Source: Caecitellus pseudoparvulus (lineage: Eukaryota > Protista > Bigyra: Bicosoecida). Taken from it: a DNA stretch of 64,000 nucleotides. The first letter of the stretch is position 1; each line of letters starts with the position of its first letter. This document shows, piece by piece, positions 52,393-61,764 of this stretch. The translations under genes and the position numbers were made by a program. The notes under the pieces were generated by a model, which saw only the letters and a list, made by a program, of their open reading frames with translations, was not told the origin of the DNA and ran no database searches. Where the stretch lies: the NCBI GenBank assembly GCA_965644315.1, contig CBFFRQ010000018.1, positions 124,001 through 188,000 of the forward strand, written 5' to 3'.

Positions 52393-55300
52393 TCACGTGT
52401 CCTCGCTGGCGCTGCGCTGCTTGCCGACGGGGCCCTGCAGCGCCCAGTGGAAGCGGTAAGAAGCTTCCCCTGGCTTGCCCTTCGCGATCCAAGGCGCTTC
52501 GTGCACAACGGCCGGGCCAGCTACCACACCCCCCGTCACGAGCACCCACGGTTGCGCCTCGTCCTCCGGCGAGTGGTTTACCCGTGCCCACCCCTGCACC
52601 TCAGAAGGGCCCAGTTTCAGGTGACGACACAAGAGGAGGGTCTCATCGGGCAGGTAACTGCGTGCATCGTCCCTCAGCGGCGCCAGGGCCACGGCTACGT
52701 CCACCAGTGTCCGCTCCATGAACCGCTTGCCGTCCCAGTGGATGATGCACATGACGTCGGCTGGCCCCGGCAATGGCAGCCAGTTGGTGTTGCCAGAGGG
52801 GTACCGCAGCCTCACGCCTGTGCAGAGCGTGAGGGGGGGGCGGTGTCCCGCTTCCTGTCCATCCACGACGTCGTCAGGCTTTAGTTGCACCCTGTACAAC
52901 CTGCCCGAATGCCCCACCCGCCGCTCCCTCAACCACGCCAGGGCGCTCGCCCCTGCGACGAAGGACTGCGGGAAGGTCAGTGGCTCATCAGCGCTCCTGA
53001 ATCGCGTCACGATCGGCCGCATGGCCGTGCCCACCAAGTTCAGTGGCACCTCAGCGCCTGGGTCAGCAGCAGCCCCGGCACAGTCGCCGGCGACCAGGGA
53101 GCGAGAATGCAATAGGTTGTACCAGGTCTCGGGGGAGGGAGTGTAGCCTGGCGGTTGACAGTACGGCGCGCAGCTCATGGCCTGCACGAGGCACACTCTC
53201 TCCGCCAGCTTGTAGAGGACACCCTGCTTCCCGCGGTGCACTGTACGTAGCACACGGTTGATTCGAGTGTGCATGGTCTCGCCGTGGTCGGTATCCACCG
53301 CCTCCAGGCTACCGTACCAATGCATGTCCAGCGCCAGCTGCAGCGCAATGTGCAGCTTGGGGTACGTGAGGGGTAGAGCCTTCCGGCCAAGGGAGCGCAG
53401 CTCGTTGCTGACGAGCTGGAACACGGTGGCCACACGGGCCATCCACTGGGCCAGACGGCACGCGTCACCCCGCCCAGCCACTGCCCTGCCGTACGTGAAG
53501 CGCAGGACCACGCCCACGGCCCCATGCAGTGCGTTCAGCAGTTGGCGGACCTTGGGCGGCCCCACGACGGCGTCGTCCGTGCCCATCATCAGCGTCTGCC
53601 ACCGAGTGAGCCCCAGCTTGTCCTCTGCTGTGACGGCGTTGCCGGCCGACAGCTTGACCGCCGTCTCCCGCCCCGCGCCGACAACCTGTACGCCGTCGAT
53701 GCGGCGCGGACGCGGCTGCTGCATGCGGTGCATGAAGGTCGCTTGGCGATCGTCCTGCGCCCCGAGGCCAGGCGCGAGCATCCCCTGCTCCAAAGCACCC
53801 CATGTCCGGTCCCCCACCACCCCGCTCCCCAGCACATGCAGCCTGTCTGCAGGGCAGGCCTCGTAGCCATTGCCCCCCACAAACAGCGTCGCATGGCGCT
53901 CAATGTCGCAGATATCCTCGACGTCCTTCCACCTGATCGTGGCAAGGTCGGCCTCCGCCCGCGCCTTCACGACCGGATCGGCAGACGCCACGTCACGCAG
54001 CGCGTCGGCGTGGAAGGACGCCGAGCGCCGCGTGCAAGTCCCCAGCGCTGCCACGGTCTCGGCCATGTCGAGGGGCACGGCGTCGGCCAGCTCTTGCTGG
54101 CCTTTGCTGCGCCACGCCAGCGCGCACGAGCACCGTGGAGGCCTGCCGTGAACCGCATTGAGTAGCATCCATCTCTCAGCCGTGTCGGCGCAGATGGCGC
54201 CGATGAGCGGCCACACACGGGCAACGAACGAAGGCCCATCGACCCCCGCCCCCGGCTCAAGGACATCGACGCCAAGGTCCCGCAGAGCGCCGACTTGGTC
54301 GGCTGCTACCGGGATCCACAGGCCACCCTGAGCGTGGATCTCAGCAAGAGGCTCCAGCAGCACAGCGCGGAGCTGGGCCTGGTGTGCCTTGTACTTGGCG
54401 CGCTTCGCCTCCTCCGCGGTCCCTTTGAAGTCCATGTCTTTCAGCGGCATGAAGGCAAGGACTGCCGCTGACCCCAGGCTTCGGGCCTCTCGGGCACTAA
54501 CTTGCATGGGCCGGACGCTCAGGGGCGTGATGGCCGTCTTCGGTTGGCGGAAAGGGTGGGCCTCGTCCATGAAGACGTTGATGACAAACGGCAGGGCGCG
54601 GTGTTGCAGAGCTGTCTGTGACGCCGCATGAGCACACGGGCTTTCAGCGAAGCACGACACGGTGCCGTCTTGGGGTTCCTGGGCGCCTGCCATCGTGTGT
54701 GCCTGAAAGCGGCCATGCTTCGTGAACGGAGCGGCCAAGGCGGGGGTTTCGTCGTCGCTCAACCCAGGCCGGTGCCTTTGGAATGCTGCACGCGCAACCG
54801 CGTCGCAGTCTGCGAAGGCGGCCTCGAGCTTGCTCGCCAGCGCAGTCCCCATGGGCGTGTCAATTCCCGACGTGTGCATGGGGTCTGGGACGCCCCTTGT
54901 GGCCCGACGGGCGGGCAAGCACTCAACAGGTATCCGAGCCAGCGAGTGGACAAGCCAATCCTTCAGCTTCACGCCGTGGATGGGCCAGGTGGCACGTGGC
55001 ACTCCACGCCGGTCGCACACGCCGGCGGGCATCTTGGCGTGCACCACCCCCGGCATGCAGATGCCAGGCAACCCCTTGAGTGTCTCGACCAAGCGCTTCA
55101 TCTTCCTCTGGGGCTGCATCGGCTTCCGTGCTCGAACCTTCGCCTGACAAGTGCTGCAGCTGGCTGTGTCTGCCATGCACTTCGACCAGAGATCGTGCTG
55201 CACTTTGAACACCGAGGCGGCACTCGCATCGGTGGTCAGTATCGCCTCCAGCTCAGAGTTCCTCTTCCTCAGTGTCTCCAGCTCTTCCGAGAGCAAGCCC

Positions 55301-55872
55301 ACGCGTGCCCGCAGCACCTCAGTGGCTGAGTGAGTGTCGGCTGGTAGAGCAGCCGGCTCGCCTGCCTCTCCCGCTGCCTCTCCCGCCTGAGCGTCTCCCC
55401 CGCTGGCCGCAAGCCCAGCAGGCAGGGTCTCCGTGGCGTCGGCCCCGAACTCGTCCGCCCCATCACTCTCGCTTTCCTCGGTCTCATAGTACTCGCTGTC
55501 TGCGTCCTCCTGGACAGGTGCTTGCGCAGCCCCAGCGTCCCCACGCGGGTGCTTCCGATGTGAAGCAAGTGTATGCTCGTAGACATCCTCCCAGATGCCG
55601 GGCGCAGGGCTGCCCCCGTCCTCAGAGTGCTTCGCAAACTTGGCCTCAAATTCGCGCCTACGCTTTCTCCTTCTGGCGTGGGTCACCTGTTGGCACTGCC
55701 TCTGAAAGTGACGGGTCAAGCCTGATTGGGTTGAGAACGTCCGCTTGCACACAGTGCACGTGAACATCGTGGGTGTGGGATGCTGCTTGGCAGGGCCTGG
55801 TCCGGAGGGAGAGCTCGAGTTGCGTTTCAGTATCTGAAACGTGCCTAGGGGGCACACCAATCCGGACTTCAC
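52393..55872 (-). CDS. Plavaka-like DDE transposase, copy 2 (likely ATG at 55767)
   Basis: Same 1159-aa translation as 43673-47152. Confidence 0.85.
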   Translation of the reverse strand: MKSGLVCPLGTFQILKRNSSSPSGPGPAKQHPTPTMFTCTVCKRTFSTQSGLTRHFQRQCQQVTHARRRKRRREFEAKFAKHSEDGGSPAPGIWEDVYEHTLASHRKHPRGDAGAAQAPVQEDADSEYYETEESESDGADEFGADATETLPAGLAASGGDAQAGEAAGEAGEPAALPADTHSATEVLRARVGLLSEELETLRKRNSELEAILTTDASAASVFKVQHDLWSKCMADTASCSTCQAKVRARKPMQPQRKMKRLVETLKGLPGICMPGVVHAKMPAGVCDRRGVPRATWPIHGVKLKDWLVHSLARIPVECLPARRATRGVPDPMHTSGIDTPMGTALASKLEAAFADCDAVARAAFQRHRPGLSDDETPALAAPFTKHGRFQAHTMAGAQEPQDGTVSCFAESPCAHAASQTALQHRALPFVINVFMDEAHPFRQPKTAITPLSVRPMQVSAREARSLGSAAVLAFMPLKDMDFKGTAEEAKRAKYKAHQAQLRAVLLEPLAEIHAQGGLWIPVAADQVGALRDLGVDVLEPGAGVDGPSFVARVWPLIGAICADTAERWMLLNAVHGRPPRCSCALAWRSKGQQELADAVPLDMAETVAALGTCTRRSASFHADALRDVASADPVVKARAEADLATIRWKDVEDICDIERHATLFVGGNGYEACPADRLHVLGSGVVGDRTWGALEQGMLAPGLGAQDDRQATFMHRMQQPRPRRIDGVQVVGAGRETAVKLSAGNAVTAEDKLGLTRWQTLMMGTDDAVVGPPKVRQLLNALHGAVGVVLRFTYGRAVAGRGDACRLAQWMARVATVFQLVSNELRSLGRKALPLTYPKLHIALQLALDMHWYGSLEAVDTDHGETMHTRINRVLRTVHRGKQGVLYKLAERVCLVQAMSCAPYCQPPGYTPSPETWYNLLHSRSLVAGDCAGAAADPGAEVPLNLVGTAMRPIVTRFRSADEPLTFPQSFVAGASALAWLRERRVGHSGRLYRVQLKPDDVVDGQEAGHRPPLTLCTGVRLRYPSGNTNWLPLPGPADVMCIIHWDGKRFMERTLVDVAVALAPLRDDARSYLPDETLLLCRHLKLGPSEVQGWARVNHSPEDEAQPWVLVTGGVVAGPAVVHEAPWIAKGKPGEASYRFHWALQGPVGKQRSASEDT

Positions 55873-56178
55873 AACGCAACCAACACCACCGCGGCGGCAA
55901 GAAGCACACCTGCGCTAGTGGTTGATGTGCATTCGATCCCTAGCGTTTGTGAAAAGTCCCCCTGTAAGCCTGGAACGCGAGGGATACAAGGAAGCTTGCT
56001 GCGTTTTCCCTTGAGAGGGGGGTGCAGGGGGGTGCAAGGGGGGAGGGGGGGTGCCTCACGCTGCTCTGTAAGCCAGCAAGGCGCAAAGGCACATTCCAGT
56101 CCCCCCCCCCCTCTGTTAGTCACTTGCTCTTCTCGGCCACCTTCAGCTCTCAAGCACCCGTCTCCCCACCCAGACACC

Positions 56179-58252
56179 ATGGCTCAGCAACGCAGCGAAG
56201 TCAGCACGAGCTCAGTGCCTCAAGCCACCGCCGCCGAGCATGACTCTGCAAAGCGAGCGTTCCAGGGCGTGCATGCGCATCTTCAAAGGATTGCCTTTGA
56301 AAAGGGCAAGCCCTTGCCCATCCCGGAGCGCAAGGTTTGGTTGGCGGGCGCCAGCAACGCAAATGGTGTGCTGCGCTGTGAAACGCTTCCCCACCACGCG
56401 CGCACAAAAGCACCAGTGCTTACCGCCCAGTCCTTGCCCGCGCCGCAGAAGAGTTCCTTCGCGCAGAAGTGCTGGGCCAGCTTGCTAAGCCGCCGCATGA
56501 ATTGGACATGCCCGGTGGTGGTGGTGCGTGACATACCAACGCGAGACTAGGATGGCGTTCCCACCAGCCTTTGCCCGTGTCGAGGCGTGCGGCTTCAACG
56601 CAACACCGCCTGAGTTTACACGCGATCTGTGCCCCCTTTCCGCAGCAGACCACTCCAGTGGAGAGGCCAGGAGCTTCCTTGCCGCGGCCGTCCTGCCCCG
56701 CGTTCCCAACGCGGCAGCCCTCGAGGCTCCAAGCCTGACCGACAGGGTGATAGCGGCACAGGCGAGCTTGGCGTTGGATCGGGCGCTGATCTACCAACTG
56801 TACGTGTTGTACCTGTACAGTGTGAAGGAGAGGGCCCAGATGCAAGCTCAGATCAGGGAGCTGCAGGGCGCACTTGACAAGAACGGCAAGTCCAGTCGGA
56901 ATTCTCCGAGTGTCCAGTACAGCCGTCTGTCCATGTCCAATCACATGGACGCCATCGGCAGGCAGAGGCTCCCTGGACAGGGTTCGTGGACGTTTGCACA
57001 ATTAAAGGCAGGGTCGGGGTGGGGGGTGCCGCCGACTACTCTCACACTCATGTGCACCAACGCAGCCCTCCGGGTACCGGAAGGGCCACTTGGCTCCCCT
57101 GACGATGTCTACGAAACGCTGATAGCGGACGCCGACCTTGAAACGCCGGAGCTAGACTTCCCTCTGGCCTTCATGCACGGCATGCCCAACGCACTGGAAC
57201 AGGCGCTGTCAATCCAGCTGGCAGATGGCGCTGATCCCTGGGACGACGCCAAAGACCTGATGCGACAGGCAGACCCCGGGCAGGTGCGCGAGGCGTGCAA
57301 GAAGCTGCGCGATGCAGTGTCGCGGCTCTTCCAACCCAGCGCACTGTCCAAGGACGAAGCCTTTATGGAGGCGGTGTCTGTGCTCTGCCCCGCCAGGGAG
57401 GCGGAGGTCCTGGTCTGCACGCGACACAGAAAGCAGCCGGCCCACGACGCATTCCTTGACATCAGCTCGCGCTTGGACGGCACGGGGCAAGCTGCCCAGG
57501 ATGCTCTGCGCTACCTGACTTGGGCGGATCGAGGGCGCAACGTGCTCTCGATGGAGGAAGTGCGCCGCAGGCAAACTGCGCGCTTTGCTGCGGTGCGCGA
57601 CTTTGCCACACCGGACGCCCCGTTTGACTGCGCCACGCTCGTGGCAGTCTCCTTGGAGCAGGAGTTGCGCAGGGGGCTCGCCAAGGACGCGGGTGTGTCC
57701 GTGAGGCGCCAGGACGTCGTCACAGCGGCGGCACTGGGGGCGCTGTATGAAGCTGCGGTGCATCTGGTGGACACGGTGCGCAACCAAGCGTACAGCTTTG
57801 TACGCAGCACACCGCCGTTCCCTCACACGTGCGAGTGGCACAAGCTCTCCGCCGCCCAGCTGTACACTATCGGCGCCGTGCTCGGGCCATTGTGGACCTT
57901 CTTGCGCGGGGAGGAGGCCAGCGCCTCCACATGGGGCTTCGTCACCCGGGCCTTCCGCGCTACACTTGTGAGGGATGCCCGTGAGCGTTCGAAGCTGGCC
58001 CAAGCATGTGCCAAGGAAGCGCTTGCGCAGCACCCCGTGGTCAGCACTGACGGCAGTGCCGAGCTGGGCCCCTGCCCGGGCCAGGGATCGGATTCAGGCT
58101 CGGGTTCAGGTTCCGAGTCTGAGCATGAGCCTGGTGCCGAAGCTTCCGGTGTGCTCGGAGACGGCGGGGCGGTGCTGGGATGCGGAAGGTCCCGCGGCAC
58201 AAAGCGCCCGCGCGGCGACGCAACGCCCCCGAGAAACATGTCGTTGGAATGA
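56179..58252 (+). CDS. Transposon ORF2, copy 2 (56179-56550 plus 56528-58252)
   Basis: Same translation as 47458-49531. Confidence 0.65.
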
Positions 58253-60583
58253 TGATAAGTACCCTCGGTACAGGGCATCCATATCGTGTGCGTATGCCTG
58301 CTCTGAGGCTGGTGACACCGCAACACCACCCATATCCCCACCGCACGCCCGTCAGCGCAATGCAAGCTCTTCCGGCGTGCCAGCGTTCGCTTGCGTGCAA
58401 CACCCCCAGCTTGGCGCTGAGGAACAGCTGCACCCCTGTGGCCCATGCAACCACCACACCACTGGAAGCGCACCCCGCCTGGCCCTTTGCCCGTGTGACA
58501 AGGAAGCAGCGGACCAGCATCAGAAGAACCCACCCCCCCCCCCCCCTCCCCCCGTCCGCATAGGGACACTTTCTAATCCCAGCGCAAATCTGAACGGTGC
58601 AAGTCAAGTCCCCATGGTAGCGTACGTTTGCACATGGCCTTAGCCTCGGCCTGCCTGTCGCTGCACGAGTACACAGAAGTGAGCGGCGCACAGCTTGCGT
58701 GCCGGGCGTTTCGCCTGCAACGGCATGGGACATGTCACCTCCTCCGCTCCCGCCTGTCGCCCTCTCCTGCGCAGTGAGCCGGATAGTGTCGTGAAGAGCT
58801 GTACACCTCATGGCCTGCAGACGCCATCGCAGGCTGCAGGTTCGTGCAGGGGCCTAGCACGCGGGTTCAGCATTGGCGTTGCAAAGCCGAGTCACACACA
58901 GACCCCTCTGCGTGCAGGCGCCCCCCCACCCGAGCTCCCCCTGCCAGAGCATGCCCTTTCGAGAAACTTGACCTTGTTGCATCGCGGACTGTGCTCCATG
59001 GATGGCTTCAGCGGTGCGTTGGGACAGGGGTAGCACCCGCCTATGCGCGGCGTTTGCGCGAAACGCCGTGTCATGTTCCAAGGCACCCCCGCACACTCGT
59101 GCCAGCCCCAGCGCCGCAGAAAAGACACCATTGATATGATGTTTGTCGGTACCTATTGAAAGCGCGGCAGTTTCTTGTGAGGGTGGGTGGGACTGCATGC
59201 GCCGGGCGCTGGTGCTGCCTGCCTCCAACGCCACCCCTCTGCGCAGGCGAACTCCCTCACCCGCGACGCACACACACCACCCCTCTGGCCATTCGCAGGG
59301 CCCACTTGGATGATCCAAGTATCTCCCTGAATGCCGCATACTGTACTGGGATGGCCTGAGCGGTGCGTGGCCGTCATGCGCTCGTCCCCATGCCTGGCGT
59401 TGCAGCCGGTGCCTGGCACTCCCACACCATCACCCGAGCCACTGCCGCCCCTTCACAGGAATGGAAGACCCGGCAACCTGATCATGAGGGGCAAGTCCCA
59501 CCACGGTGCCAGCCAAAATGGGGTGAGTGCGAGGGGCTGCTGCGCTGGTGCCTTGTGCAGGGAGCGGCTACGTCGTGACTGCTGGTGTCAAGGTACAGAG
59601 CCACGCGAGCCTCCTCCCCCCACCTGCGCAGGCCTTCCGGTACGCGATGCTGCAGAATAACTGGTGTACCACCCTGAATGACTTGGAGAGGCTCCCCACA
59701 GTGCTTGGCGGACTGAGAGGTGCGCGGCGGCAGAGGCGGGCGGCGGCAAAGGCGCGTGGCCTGAGGCGTGAGTGCTCCGAGGCGGGTGCCGTGGACGCAG
59801 GGCATGCATTGCAGTGCGCGACACCGCCTGGTGACAGTTTGATGGCCAGCGCGAGCTGCAAGGTGCCGTAGACCCCCCCCCCTGCCTGCAATGCACAGCC
59901 TGCTACCAGTTCGCCTGGGTACCCCCAAAGTGGGTGTTTGCACCACCCCCCCCCCCAAAGTGGGTGTCTGCCCCACCCCCACAAAAAGGAGTTTGCCCCA
60001 CCCCCCTATACCCCTTCGAGGGCACCCCCCCCCAGGCATGTCGCCCCCCCCCCGAAAATCTCACGACGGTGCTGAGCAGCCAACACACCATCTACGCATA
60101 CACGGCCGTCCTGCCCACAGACAGCAGCCTCACGAATCAGGTACAGGGACTGGATTTCTGCGTGAACGTACCATTCTGGATAGTGAGGGTTGAATCGCCC
60201 ACGCGCGGCTGTCACTAATGCAGCTACATCGCCCTGTACCATCTTGGACTTGCCTCAACAAGTGCAACGCTGAGCCAGAAGGATTCAACCCCGTGATCAT
60301 GAGGAGCGGGAGCAAACTGACGAGTACATGGAAAATTAGAAGTCCTGAGCAATACATGCGTGCAGTGAGTGGGCTCCAGTGGCAACAAGGTCTGCTGGGG
60401 AAGCCCAAGTCTGACAGTCAGCTGTCGGAAAATGAGGAACGTCAACAGCAGGTAAAGTTTGGATCGCGCACAACGTGCGTCACCCCGCGTGATCTTACTC
60501 GAAGTGGGGATTCATTTGTTTTGACTTCAACGAGCTATACATGTCAGGGGCCCCCCTCCAAGCTGCCCACGACCGTGAGGCTG

Positions 60584-61603
60584 AACACGGACACAGCAAG
60601 CCACATGAAGAGCACCAGGATGCTGTACATGATGCACCACCTGATTATCTCTGATGGGAAGCTTCCTGTGGCTTCCTGACGTCCAGAGCCTGGCTTGAGC
60701 TCGGTTGCCAGCCCGTCCTCATTCCGGAGCCCTGGCCCACCATGGATGCAGCCTGGAGGAGCACGCCTCGGGCGCATCGGGACGGCACGAAGTTGGCCTT
60801 GATCTGGTGCAGAACAAGTGACTCAGACCTTACAGGCGTCCGTCATGCAGCTGACGAGCTGGCATGGAAATTGATGATATGGCCCGCGAGGGAAACGCCG
60901 AGGGAGACCGATAACGACAAGCCGCCACGAGAAGCTATCCAGGCTCTGTGAGGACCCTGGCCCCCAGACTAACGATCTTCAAGACTCAGCTTCATGTGCA
61001 AAAGCAAAAGTGAGGGGGCAGAAGGGAACACATGCTCGAGCAGTATTGTCGCTGCCAGAAAGTGAGGCTTCGCGTGTCAGTCAACAGCTTTCAAAAGCAT
61101 GAGCACTTGACTGCTCATGATCCCCTGACGCACTTGCCTCCCCACCTGGAGTGTGTGATGTACTTTTCATCAATGCATGTCCGTTTTCCTTTGCAGGTCT
61201 GCAGGGTATACTCTGTTGGTGGTCGGTGCAAGAGAAACAGCGAAAACGCTGCCCGGCCGAGAAAAGAACGTCGCTGCGCCGATTCCTGCAATGAGGTGGT
61301 CACGTACTGCACCATCACATGAGCAGGCAAAATGAGTGATAGAACGCTTCATCGACTGCATCTGGTCGTCAGTCTTCTCGCCACACTACAGCAAGTCGAC
61401 GCCATCGAGAAAGTTGCACGTGCTTGAACATTTCGCGGAAGTGGCCGTTGAATTTGCACCGCTCAGAGCCGCACGCAACGCCCATGAGGAGAGGAGCGAC
61501 AGAAGAAGTCTGAGGGAGGACTCAACAGTGCCACTCCGCAATGATCACAGTATGAGGCTCGGGCAGTGGTGGGAGAACCACGTGAAAGACAGAGCGTGAC
61601 GAA
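60584..61603. repeat. Leader/promoter cassette P4 (mosaic of P1-type and P2/P3-type sequence)
   Basis: Homologous to P1-P3; followed by STELLO copy 2 exactly as P1 is followed by copy 1. Confidence 0.85.
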
Positions 61604-61764
61604 GCAACTTTGGGTTTGGAGGGGCGAGGGGGGGGCCTCATGTCGTGCGCCAGCGGTCTCCACATTGTGCTGTCCATGTGTCCTCAACTTGCGGTAGGCC
61701 ATTCTCAAACACGAAAATCAATGGTGCATGGTGCACCATTGCAGCATTGCTTCATGCTCTTGCA

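Larger units (their letters stand above)
51815..60069 (-). mobile_element. Plavaka/CACTA(CMC)-like DNA transposon, copy 2 (8255 bp, TSD TG)
   Basis: Empty site tatctctTGctgagcag (~40811-40827) versus filled tatctctTG|CAGTCAAGAGATTTTC...GAAAATCTCACGACGG|TGctgagcag. Near-identical to copy 1 (offset 8720). Confidence 0.93.
42355..60777 (-). pseudogene. Second GT77-like gene copy, split into 42355-43094, 51345-51814 and 60070-60777 by two transposon insertions
   Basis: The three pieces concatenate to the uninterrupted paralog 39612-41525 once the elements and one copy of each TSD are removed. Confidence 0.88.

Noticed and set aside
43095-60069. Differences between the two transposon copies in ORF-track frames (e.g. 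55918-56550, 57975-58643)
   Set aside because: They trace to G/C homopolymer length differences, most likely sequencing or consensus error.
51813-60072. Alternative 3-bp TSD (TGC) for copy 2
   Set aside because: Copy 1 shows the terminal C belongs to the element, so a 2-bp TSD is the only reading consistent with both sites.
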